Positions 15,274 to 23,435 of a stretch of DNA of 27,562 bases are shown here, piece after piece (position 1 is the stretch's first letter; every line of letters begins with the position of its first letter). Both the position numbers and the translations under genes were made by a program. This stretch comes from a virus (lineage: Duplodnaviria > Caudoviricetes): positions 1 through 27,562 of IMG/VR virus record IMGVR_UViG_3300035199_001165; one strand, given 5' to 3'. A model generated the notes under the pieces. The model was given only the letters and a program-made list of their open reading frames with translations. It ran no database searches and had not been told where the DNA came from.

Positions 15274-15455
15274 GCACCTACCGCGTCGAATTCACTTTCC
15301 CCAAGGCCTCGCGGATGCCGGTCTACAGCGCGAAATTCGAGGCCATCACGCGAGGCGAGGCGGAACTGAAGGCCAGGGCGCAGGCCAAGGACGACGGTTT
15401 CAGCGCCACGCCGATCAAGACCGTGATCACGCTAGTCAGCAAGGAGGCCGCATGA
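15270..15455 (+). CDS. Hypothetical phage protein (61 aa)
   Basis: ATGA overlaps at both ends; GGAG RBS. Confidence 0.7.
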   Translation: MSTYRVEFTFPKASRMPVYSAKFEAITRGEAELKARAQAKDDGFSATPIKTVITLVSKEAA

Positions 15456-15909
15456 GCCAGCACACGCCGGGGCCCTGGCTGCCGAACGACGTGCCCAGGA
15501 AGAACGCGATGCCGCCACCCGCCGCGAGGCCGAAGCCAAGGCCGCCGCCGAGCGCCGAGAACTGGAACTGAGGTTGCAGGCCGAGCAAGCCGAGCGCGCT
15601 GCCGCACAGGCTGAAGCCGACCGCATTGCTGCGGAGCAACGTGCAGAACGGGAACGAGTCGCCGCTGAAGAGCGTGCCGCCGCGGCAGCTGAAGCTGCTC
15701 GCCAAGCCGAGATCAGGCGCCAGGCCGCCGAGAAGGCGCGAATCGAAGAAGAGGCCCGCGCCCGCGAAGCTGACGTCGCGCACAAGACTGCCGTGCTCAC
15801 CTCCATCAAGGAGGCCTTCATGAAGACCGGCATCACCGAAGACCAGGCCAAGTCCATCGTCAACCTGATCCGCAAGGGCGAAGTGCCCAGCGTGTCGATC
15901 ACCTACTGA
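15452..15909 (+). pseudogene. Out-of-frame fusion: MSQHTPGPW gene start joined to the 3' half of a coiled-coil (TolA-like) phage gene
   Basis: ATG 15452 (AAGGAGG RBS) reads MSQHTPGPW and stops at 15571. From ~15478 another frame reads AAERRAQEERDAA...IRKGEVPSVSITY, with an in-frame TAG at 15433 and no ATG/RBS of its own. Confidence 0.65.
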
Positions 15910-15916
15910 GGGTGCC

Positions 15917-16684
15917 ATGAACGAGATCATCGAAGCGCCGCAGAAAGGCGCCGTCGCAACCCTGCCCGGCCCCGCCGCCAACTCCCCGATGGGAATGATG
16001 CTCGCCGCCGTCCAGCAAGGCGCCACGCTGGAGCAGGTCGAGAAAATGATGGACCTGCAGGAGCGCTGGGAGAAGTCGGAGGCGAAGAAGGCCTACGACG
16101 CCGCCTTCGCCAACTTCAAGGCTGAGGCGGTCACGATCATCAAGGGCCGGGCTGTAACGGATGGCCCGCTCAAGGGCAAGAGCTACGCCGAGCTTCACGA
16201 CGTGGTCAACGCCGTCACCCCGGCGCTTTCGAAGCACGGACTCTCCTCTTCCTGGAAGCTCACCCGCGACGAGAAGGATTGGATGGAGGTCACCTGTTTT
16301 CTTCGCCACGTCGGCGGACACGAAGAGAGCGTGAGCATGGGCGGGCCGCCGGACACCGGTGGCGCGAAGAACGCCATCCAGGCCCGTGCCAGCACCAAGA
16401 CCTACCTGGAGCGGTACACCCTCAAGGCCATCACCGGCCTGTCCGAGCAGGGTGACGATGATGACGGCCGGCCGCCCAAGGCGCTCAAGGTCATCACCCA
16501 GGTTCAGGCCTACCGCCTCCAGTCCACCCTCTCGCAATGCAGCGACAGCGTGAAAAAGCGCTTTGCCGAGAACTGGCCCGACCTGGCTGCAATGCCGGTT
16601 GATCGCTTCGACGCCGAGATCGCCTCGCTCGAAGGGGCGGCGCAGAAACACAAAGAACGCATGGCCCAGCAGGCCCAGGAGTAA
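15917..16684 (+). CDS. erf: ERF-family single-strand annealing protein
   Basis: YAELHDVVNAVTPALSKHGLS, LRHVGGHEE, TYLERYTLKAITGL and DDDG motifs. Confidence 0.88.
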   Translation: MNEIIEAPQKGAVATLPGPAANSPMGMMLAAVQQGATLEQVEKMMDLQERWEKSEAKKAYDAAFANFKAEAVTIIKGRAVTDGPLKGKSYAELHDVVNAVTPALSKHGLSSSWKLTRDEKDWMEVTCFLRHVGGHEESVSMGGPPDTGGAKNAIQARASTKTYLERYTLKAITGLSEQGDDDDGRPPKALKVITQVQAYRLQSTLSQCSDSVKKRFAENWPDLAAMPVDRFDAEIASLEGAAQKHKERMAQQAQE

Positions 16685-16687
16685 CCC

Positions 16688-17305
16688 ATGGAAATCATTC
16701 GCGACATCGAGCAAGGCTCGCAGGACTGGCTGAACTTGCGCCTGGGCATCATCACATGCTCCGAACTGGACAGCCTGCTGGTTAATGGCAAGGGTCAAGC
16801 CGGGTTCGGCGCCGGCGCCTTCACCTATATGGACACCCTCATCGGCGAGCGCATCACCGGTGAGGCGGCTGATCCCTTCCAGGGCAATCGCCACACCGAG
16901 CGCGGCCACGAACTGGAAGGCAAGGCCCGCGAGCTCTACGTCGCCCGCACCGGCGCCGAGCTCGACCAGGTGGCAATCATCCTGAACCACGGCATCGGCT
17001 ACTCGCCTGACGCCCTGGTCGGCGCCGACGGGCTGGACGAGATCAAGACCAAGCTGCCGAAGTTCCAAGTCAGCGTGATCCTGGACGGCGAGGTGCCGAA
17101 AGAGCACATCGCGCAGTGCCAAGGCGGACTCTGGGTCAGCGAGCGCGAGTGGATCGACTTCATCAGCTACTGGCCGGGCATGCCCTTGTTCATCAAGCGC
17201 ATGCACCGCGACGAGGCGATGATCCGGCGGATCGCTGAGCGGGTGAAGACCTTTTACGAACTCATGGAAGAGCGCATGGAGCGCGTGATGCAGGTGGCCG
17301 CATGA
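16688..17305 (+). CDS. YqaJ / lambda-exonuclease family protein
   Basis: QGSQDWLNLRLGIITCSE, ERGHELE, YSPDALV, EIK and QCQGGLWV motifs. Confidence 0.92.
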   Translation: MEIIRDIEQGSQDWLNLRLGIITCSELDSLLVNGKGQAGFGAGAFTYMDTLIGERITGEAADPFQGNRHTERGHELEGKARELYVARTGAELDQVAIILNHGIGYSPDALVGADGLDEIKTKLPKFQVSVILDGEVPKEHIAQCQGGLWVSEREWIDFISYWPGMPLFIKRMHRDEAMIRRIAERVKTFYELMEERMERVMQVAA

Positions 17306-17799
17306 GCAATCTGAACCGCTGGGAAGGCATTGGCCGTCTCGGGCAAGAAATCGAACTCCGCTATCTGCCGAACGGCGACGCCGTGGCCAGCCTGAGCATC
17401 GCCTGCGACGACTCCTACAAGGACAAGCAGACCGGTCAGAAGGTCGAGCGCACCGAGTGGGTCCGCTGCGTCGCCTTCCGCCAGACCGCTGAGTTCCTGG
17501 CCGAATGGCTGCACAAGGGCGCCCGCCTGTATGCCGTCGGCAAGCTGAAGACCCGCGAATACGAGAAGGACGGCAGCAAGCGCTACGTCACCGAGATTCA
17601 CCTTGCCCAAGGCACGGAAATCATCGACTGGCCCGCGAAGGACGCCCAGCCGCGTCAGCAGGCGCAGCAGCAACAACGGCAGGACGCTCCGCGCAACGGG
17701 AGTCGCCCGCAGCCCAGTCAGCAGGCCGTGCCGCCGGACTACGACAGCTTCGACGATGACATCCCCTTCGCGCCCGCCCACTACCTGACGGGTGTGTGA
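17302..17799 (+). CDS. ssb: Single-stranded DNA-binding protein
   Basis: IGRLGQEIELRY, ERTEWVR, GKLKTREY motifs and acidic FDDDIPF near the C-terminus. Confidence 0.95.
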   Translation: MSNLNRWEGIGRLGQEIELRYLPNGDAVASLSIACDDSYKDKQTGQKVERTEWVRCVAFRQTAEFLAEWLHKGARLYAVGKLKTREYEKDGSKRYVTEIHLAQGTEIIDWPAKDAQPRQQAQQQQRQDAPRNGSRPQPSQQAVPPDYDSFDDDIPFAPAHYLTGV

Positions 17800-17820
17800 C
17801 CGAGCACGTGAAAGCGCTTG

Positions 17821-17845
17821 AGGGTCCTTCGGGGCCCTTCTTTTT
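17821..17845 (+). terminator. Intrinsic terminator after ssb
   Basis: AGGGTCC-TTCG-GGGCCCT followed by TCTTTTT. Confidence 0.7.
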
Positions 17846-17858
17846 CAGGAGTAACACC

Positions 17859-18050
17859 ATGGCCTTCATGACCACCGAGGAGTTGAAGCTCCAGCGCCAG
17901 TACTACCTGGAGAGCATCCGCATGCTCTTCCCTGGAGCCGGGTACGTGAGCGAGAGATTCCGCGAACGCGCCAACGCCACCATCAAGAACATCAACCAGC
18001 AGCTCAACCTGATCGAGGATGAGCTGGATATGGCCGGGCATAGAATCTAG
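17859..18050 (+). CDS. Hypothetical protein (63 aa)
   Basis: AGGAG RBS before ATG 17859. Confidence 0.6.
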   Translation: MAFMTTEELKLQRQYYLESIRMLFPGAGYVSERFRERANATIKNINQQLNLIEDELDMAGHRI

Positions 18051-18238
18051 ACGTCACGAAGGAAAAAGGCCGCCCGCTCTTGGGCCTCTTCTTCTGAATC
18101 GGCGATGAACCAAGTCGAAATCTCGGCATCTGGCGCCTTAGCCCTGTTCCTCTCTTTATTTATCTCGTCCTGCTTGTACGGCCCGCAGGCGATCGCGGAG
18201 CCTCCTTTGACTTTGAACCCGAACCAGTACTTGTTCAT
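18047..18238 (-). CDS. Small antisense accessory protein (63 aa)
   Basis: GAGG RBS; MNKYWFGFKVKGGSAIACGPY... Confidence 0.6.
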   Translation of the reverse strand: MNKYWFGFKVKGGSAIACGPYKQDEINKERNRAKAPDAEISTWFIADSEEEAQERAAFFLRDV

Positions 18239-18365
18239 CGGCTGACCCTCAGCAGTTGTTTTCCGAGCTGGTTTTCTACCGCGAAGAAAACCTCCGAACA
18301 ACTATTGCCAAGGTCCCCATCCCTCCCGCCAGCCGCTCCATGGACCGTTGCATTCATGGTGGAAC

Positions 18366-18866
18366 CTATTGGTAGAACTCGCTTGCTGGGATGGTGGTGA
18401 TTATCAGCTCGGGGGAGATTGTGATCTTCGTTGTCACTGGCTCTGACTGGTTGCAGTCTGTGCTCATCCCCCGCCTTGGAACTACAAGATGAGTGCCTCT
18501 CACTACCTCTACCCAGGCCCCCATGTGGGCACCGCACAGACCGGTAACCTTGCTGTTACCGGGCGATGGTCCTAGACGAATTTCGTAGTTGCCATGCGTG
18601 AGTGCACATGTGCGCTCAATGGTCTTTGTCGAACGGATTACTTCACCATCCTTGTCCGTCTCTATGAGCAACCAAGGATCCCATTCGTTTTCGCCCTTCT
18701 GCTTGAGCATCGCCTCGCCAGCTTCGTTGTACGCCCCCTTGTAGTAGACGATGAGCTGGTCGTTGGCGGTATCGCAGCTATACCCCACCAAGGTGGAAAA
18801 CCAGTCGGCTTTCGCTTGCGGGGCCAGTAGAAACAGCAGCAGAAACACCTTCACGAACCACATCAC
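18366..18866 (-). CDS. Secreted/periplasmic protein (moron)
   Basis: Signal peptide MMWFVKVFLLLFLLAPQAKA; four Cys in the mature part; GAGGAGG RBS. Confidence 0.75.
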   Translation of the reverse strand: MMWFVKVFLLLFLLAPQAKADWFSTLVGYSCDTANDQLIVYYKGAYNEAGEAMLKQKGENEWDPWLLIETDKDGEVIRSTKTIERTCALTHGNYEIRLGPSPGNSKVTGLCGAHMGAWVEVVRGTHLVVPRRGMSTDCNQSEPVTTKITISPELIITTIPASEFYQ

Positions 18867-19072
18867 GACCCTCCTCGAACATTAGACGAGTCGGATGGGG
18901 TCCGCCGTAAGCGGTAGAAGAGCAACGCTGCAGCGCCAAGCTCTAAGAGCACCAGACTCACGAAATCGCTTTGCCCGGTGAGCAGCGCCAGCACCTGAAA
19001 GACACTCGCTGCCACGAAACACCACGCCGCCATGCGGAGCCCCTTCTGTCTCCGCTGCGCATCCATTCGCAT
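18863..19072 (-). CDS. Small two-TM membrane protein
   Basis: Two hydrophobic segments; its stop overlaps the start of the secreted-protein gene. Start uncertain (19066 or 19072). Confidence 0.55.
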   Translation of the reverse strand: MRMDAQRRQKGLRMAAWCFVAASVFQVLALLTGQSDFVSLVLLELGAAALLFYRLRRTPSDSSNVRGGS

Positions 19073-19149
19073 CACCACCATCCCTATGCAGATCAACCGT
19101 CCGCGGAGTGTATCCCAGCGGCACGGCATCGCTCGAACTGGAGAAAGCC

Positions 19150-19425
19150 ATGACTCGCGAGGAAGCCTACGACGCCGTGGCCAAGCTCGCTGCCGAGCAT
19201 GCCCTCATTGCCCAGGGCTTCGGCGGAGTGCTGACCATCGTTCACCCCGACACGCAGCGCGCCGAGGGACTGGAGGCGCTGTGCCTGCACATGGCCGGAC
19301 TGGGCCCGCACCCGAGCACCATCGAACAGCAGAGGCAGCAGGAAGCACAGGCCGCCGCTCGCCGAGCGACCACCGAGCAGCAGCTCGACATCTTCAACGA
19401 CTCCAACAGGGACACAGCAGCATGA
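19150..19425 (+). CDS. Hypothetical phage protein (91 aa)
   Basis: GGAG RBS before ATG 19150; ATGA coupling to the methyltransferase. Confidence 0.7.
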   Translation: MTREEAYDAVAKLAAEHALIAQGFGGVLTIVHPDTQRAEGLEALCLHMAGLGPHPSTIEQQRQQEAQAAARRATTEQQLDIFNDSNRDTAA

Positions 19426-21341
19426 TGCTCAAGCGAATCCTGAAACACTTCCACATGTGCTGCGGCCTGGGCGGTGGCGCCAAGGGCTTCAACAACTCCA
19501 CCCCGAGGGTCGGCAATGTCCAAGCCCAGTGGGAATGCCTGGGCGGAATCGACGTTGACCCAGCCGGCCTGCGCGACTTCGAGCGCCTGGCGGGCGTGCC
19601 CGGCACCTTGATGGACTTGTTCACTCGTGACCAGTACACCCGCTTCCACGGTGCTGAGCCGCCGGCGGGCTGGCGGGAGGCGACTGCTGCTGATGTCCGC
19701 CGCGCCGCGCAGAACCAACGTCCGGATGCAGTCTTCATCAGCTCCCCGTGCAAGGGCGCCAGCGGGCTGTTGTCCGAAGCCACCAGCAAGACCCCGAAGT
19801 ACCAGGCCCTCAACGAGCTGACGCTGCGCTGCATCTGGCTGATGGGCGAAGCCTGGGCGGACGACCCAGTTCCGCTGATCGTCTTCGAGAACGTCCCGCG
19901 CCTGGCCACCCGTGGCCGGCACTTGCTTGACCAGATCGGCAAGCTGCTCGAGCACTACGGCTATGCCGTGGCCGAGACCACCCACGACTGCGGCGAGCTC
20001 GGCGGCCTGGCCCAGAGCCGGAAGCGCTTCCTGCTGGTAGCCCGCCATGTCGCGAAGGTTCCGCCCTTCCTGTACGAGCCAGACAAGAAAAGCCTTCGCG
20101 CCGTCGGCGACATCCTCGGCCGCATGCCACTGCCCGGGGATATCGAGGCCGCTGGCCCGATGCACCGCGTCCCCTCGCTGCAGTGGAAGACCTGGGTGCG
20201 GCTCGCCCTGGTGCGTGCCGGTAGCGACTGGCGCAGCCTGAACGACCTGGAGGTGGTTGACGGGTACCTGCGCGACCTGGCCATCGTGCCGGCCTATCGG
20301 GCCGGGTACATGGGCGTGCACGGCTGGGACGAGACGATGGGTACCGTCGCTGGTCGATCGAGCCCCACCAATGGCGCCTTCTCGGTCGCGGATCCGCGCT
20401 ACGAGCAGTCGGCGCGTTGGAACCATGGCCAGCAGTTCGGCGTGCTGGACTGGCGCGAAACCGCTGGCACCATCACCGGCCAGAAGTCGCCGGGACAAGG
20501 CAAGTTCGCGGTTGCGGATCCACGGGGCGAGAGCTTCGGCAAGTATCCGGTCACCGACTGGGATGGCCACGCCGGCACCGTGATCGCCGCCAGCACCACC
20601 GGCCAGGGCGCCTTCGCTGTTGCAGACCCTCGCCCCAGTGGGGTTCGCCACAACAATGTGTACCGGGTTGTCAGCATGGATAGCCACGCGGGTACCGTCA
20701 CTGGTGGCCAGTCCCCCAGTTCTGGCGGCCAGGCCGTAGCCGATCCCCGGTACCACAACTGGCATCCAGGCGCCTCCAGCCGGAAGCTGAACGTGGTGCC
20801 CTGGGAGAAGTCCTGCGGCACGGTCACTGGCTCCCAGCAGGTGGCCAGCGGCGCGCTGTCGATCGCTGATCCTCGAGTGCTGGACCGCACCAAGGGCGAC
20901 CACTACCTGACTGGCGGCCACTATGGCGTGGTTGGCTTCGACCAGTCGGCCGGCGCCGTCTCAGCCAGCGCCAGGCACGACAACGGCCGCTGGAGCGTCG
21001 CCGATCCGCGCATGCCGGCGGCGGACGAGCGCCTGACCTGCATCATCCAGGCCCTGGACGGCACCTGGCACCGCCCGTTCACCACGCTGGAGCTCGCGGC
21101 TCTGCAAAGCCTGGTAGACCCTGAGGAACAGCTGATCCTTGACGGCCTGAGCGACAGCGACTGGCGGGAGCGGATCGGAAATGCAGTTCCGCCGGCGGCA
21201 GCGGAAGCGATCGCAACGGTGATGGGCACCACCCTGTTGCTGGCCGAGGCTGGGGAAACCTTCCTGCTCAGCAGCACGCCGATCTGGGTGCGGCAGGTAG
21301 CGGTGGGGTTGAGTGTGGCGCAGAAGGAGGAGCGGCCCTGA
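19422..21341 (+). CDS. C5 DNA cytosine methyltransferase with internal tandem repeats
   Basis: Motif I CCGLGGG, IV SSPCKG, VI FENV, VIII QSRKR and X IGNAV; six ADPR-ended repeats in the variable region. Confidence 0.92.
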   Translation: MMLKRILKHFHMCCGLGGGAKGFNNSTPRVGNVQAQWECLGGIDVDPAGLRDFERLAGVPGTLMDLFTRDQYTRFHGAEPPAGWREATAADVRRAAQNQRPDAVFISSPCKGASGLLSEATSKTPKYQALNELTLRCIWLMGEAWADDPVPLIVFENVPRLATRGRHLLDQIGKLLEHYGYAVAETTHDCGELGGLAQSRKRFLLVARHVAKVPPFLYEPDKKSLRAVGDILGRMPLPGDIEAAGPMHRVPSLQWKTWVRLALVRAGSDWRSLNDLEVVDGYLRDLAIVPAYRAGYMGVHGWDETMGTVAGRSSPTNGAFSVADPRYEQSARWNHGQQFGVLDWRETAGTITGQKSPGQGKFAVADPRGESFGKYPVTDWDGHAGTVIAASTTGQGAFAVADPRPSGVRHNNVYRVVSMDSHAGTVTGGQSPSSGGQAVADPRYHNWHPGASSRKLNVVPWEKSCGTVTGSQQVASGALSIADPRVLDRTKGDHYLTGGHYGVVGFDQSAGAVSASARHDNGRWSVADPRMPAADERLTCIIQALDGTWHRPFTTLELAALQSLVDPEEQLILDGLSDSDWRERIGNAVPPAAAEAIATVMGTTLLLAEAGETFLLSSTPIWVRQVAVGLSVAQKEERP

Positions 21342-21404
21342 ACGGGCCACTTGACCACCCTACCCGGCCGCCATCCTTGCCCGATGCGCGGCCGGTGATT
21401 GTGG

Positions 21405-21611
21405 TTAGCGGGCGATGCGACCGACGATCTCGTGCGCAGCGTCTATCGATGCGGATACGTATTCAGCCCCTACCCAACGGTAGGAAGCGTTGCCGAGCAA
21501 ACCCGCTTCGACTTTCGGCAGAAGCCCGTTCAGATCAACGCCCTGGTCGCGTGCCTCAGTCAGCAGAGCCACAAGCGCCTGCTCCAATGCAATTTCACGT
21601 TCACTTGCCAT
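21405..21611 (-). CDS. Small antisense hypothetical protein (68 aa)
   Basis: AAGGAG RBS; MASEREIALEQALVALL... Confidence 0.65.
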   Translation of the reverse strand: MASEREIALEQALVALLTEARDQGVDLNGLLPKVEAGLLGNASYRWVGAEYVSASIDAAHEIVGRIAR

Positions 21612-21687
21612 CTATCTCTCCTTGAACCGACTCCATGTCGGGTGCCGCAAAGTACCCGAGCAGATGTCGAAGCGCCACCCTGCCCTG

Positions 21688-21759
21688 GTGATCACCGGGG
21701 TGGAGATCATCGACGGGGTGGCCTATGCGCAGTCGTGGCATTGCAGGGTGGTTTAGCAA
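21688..21759 (+). repeat. Direct repeat A, copy 1 (72 bp; remnant gene 3' end)
   Basis: 66/72 identical to 23350-23421 with a 47-bp exact core; encodes VITGVEIIDGVAYAQSWHCRVV*. Confidence 0.95.
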
Positions 21760-21768
21760 AGGCAAGGC

Positions 21769-22647
21769 TCACAGATATGAGAGGGCCTTATCGAAGTAAC
21801 CTTCGATGAAATAGGCTCCTTTGCGCTTTACGGAGTCCTGCCACAACTCGAAAAGCGTCTTGTCATCATGATTTCCAAAATAATTAATTCTCGATGAGCA
21901 GCGCGAGATGGGACCCCAGATGTGGGTATCTTCTGGAACAACCTTTACTCCGACAATCACGATTCTTTTTGCAGACCTGCAGGCTTTTACAAACTGTTCC
22001 TGATGCCATGAAACGTAATCACTGCAAATTTGAACCGTCTTTCCCTTGGCGTAAAGGGACATAGCGGGAGAAAGGCTGTCATCTACTCGGCAACGCTCGC
22101 GAGTTTCCATAAGCCCTATTGGCTTAACCGGACCCCGGTAGACATCTCCACCTCCCGCACCAAATACGGACCTAGTTATGCGCTCAGCAGGCATGTCTGG
22201 CCAGAAATTCGAGGAACCGTGAGGCTTAATCAATCTGGCATGACCAGCTCTTTTTAAGTTCCCATAGACACTCCCTATTCCGAGTGACTCGGCGGCCTGC
22301 TCAAATAGGAGATCATAGTTAAGGCTGGCGTAGACAGTATTTTTCCAACCCATTTTCTTAATCAGCTTTATATACAAGCTGTCATGAGTAGGACTATAGG
22401 AAGATAGAAACTCAGCCAATTCACGCTGAAACCTCTGAATGTTCTTGGAGAACTGCTCACAAAGAGCATTCATACCAATTTCGAAATTCGACTTGAAGAT
22501 GTTGGCCAGATCCTCTGGCAGCTCTGAAGCCAAGCTCCCAGCAGCTGCCATCTCCTTAAATAGGTTCTCGCCCAAGGGCGGCCTTGCTACGCCATCCCTC
22601 TCACTACCAAAGCTTGCTCCCGCCCCAAGCAATACGAGCGTATGCAT
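21769..22647 (-). CDS. Stand-alone SIR2-like (SIR2_2) protein, putative NADase
   Basis: LLGAGAS, SLNYDLLFE, IKPHGS and IVIVG...D.HI motifs; visibly more AT-rich than the phage core. Confidence 0.85.
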   Translation of the reverse strand: MHTLVLLGAGASFGSERDGVARPPLGENLFKEMAAAGSLASELPEDLANIFKSNFEIGMNALCEQFSKNIQRFQRELAEFLSSYSPTHDSLYIKLIKKMGWKNTVYASLNYDLLFEQAAESLGIGSVYGNLKRAGHARLIKPHGSSNFWPDMPAERITRSVFGAGGGDVYRGPVKPIGLMETRERCRVDDSLSPAMSLYAKGKTVQICSDYVSWHQEQFVKACRSAKRIVIVGVKVVPEDTHIWGPISRCSSRINYFGNHDDKTLFELWQDSVKRKGAYFIEGYFDKALSYL

Positions 22648-22686
22648 TTCTCTGCCCCCCTATTGATTTGAGCCACGAGCATACCC

Positions 22687-22711
22687 ACTCCATGCCATGG
22701 CGCCACTACGG
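22687..22711. repeat. Direct repeat B, copy 1 (25 bp; putative cassette promoter element)
   Basis: ACTCCATGCCATGGCGCCACTACGG, 24/25 identical to 24229-24253. Minus strand reads GTGGCG-N17-TATGCT toward the SIR2 gene. Confidence 0.85.
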
Positions 22712-22844
22712 TGATAGGGTCAGCCATGCCTGACGAAAGCCAATCCATGAAGGTCTAGGCGAGCTAGGCTACCCGGTTGACAATCAGTCTTGCTCCCTTG
22801 CCTACATGACGCCAAAATGCGGGCAGTCAGCAAGGAGCAACGGA

Positions 22845-23309
22845 ATGAAGCTTCGTATCACCGCCTCACTCAGCGCGTTAGCCCTTTCCGCAACTGCAAT
22901 AGCTGCCACTCCTCCAGCCTTAATCCTTTGCACACCTGATGACTTCAAGCGTGTTGGAATCGAGAATATAGACGGCGCAAGTTTGGAGTCTCAACTTTTT
23001 GAGTACGGCGGCAAAGTTTCTATAACAAAGAAAGGAAGCATTAATCACTACTCATATGGAACAGGGCAAGACTTTTACAAGATTAAAGATAAAACTCCTT
23101 TCTCAAGCGACTTCCTCCATCTTCAGCTCGATCTTTTCATTGTCACCAACCAAGACCTAACCAACAACAGTGGCTTCTTGTATTTGGATGGCGACATGAC
23201 GCATAATTTCTACCACATCGATCTAAGCAAGAAGCGATATTACGGAGTCATCCGAGAGTTTGGCGCCGCCCAAGCTTATGCCGGCTCCTGCACAGTACTC
23301 AAAGAATGA
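22845..23309 (+). CDS. Secreted hypothetical protein (moron)
   Basis: AAGGAG RBS; signal peptide MKLRITASLSALALSATAIA; one Cys near each end; AT-rich. Confidence 0.72.
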   Translation: MKLRITASLSALALSATAIAATPPALILCTPDDFKRVGIENIDGASLESQLFEYGGKVSITKKGSINHYSYGTGQDFYKIKDKTPFSSDFLHLQLDLFIVTNQDLTNNSGFLYLDGDMTHNFYHIDLSKKRYYGVIREFGAAQAYAGSCTVLKE

Positions 23310-23349
23310 AACCCGACTACTCGTACCGAAACTTGGCATCCTCTTCTCT

Positions 23350-23421
23350 GTGATCACCGGAACGGAGATCATCGACGGGGTGGCCTATGCGCAGTCGTGG
23401 CATTGCAGGGCCATTTAGCAA
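23350..23421 (+). repeat. Direct repeat A, copy 2
   Basis: Second copy of 21688-21759, 1662 bp downstream. Confidence 0.95.
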
Positions 23422-23435
23422 GCTTTTTAAGCGCC

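Noticed and set aside
19032-19421. N-terminal extension of the 769-aa methyltransferase ORF
   Set aside because: It overlaps the 19150-19425 gene, and motif I begins right after the ATGA-coupled start at 19422.
15899-20921. Long minus-strand ORFs 15899-17206 and 19242-20921
   Set aside because: They are shadows of erf/exo and of the methyltransferase.
19422-22647. Methyltransferase plus SIR2 as one restriction-modification-like operon
   Set aside because: They are on opposite strands, differ in base composition and are separated by another gene and repeat A; no cognate restriction nuclease is adjacent.
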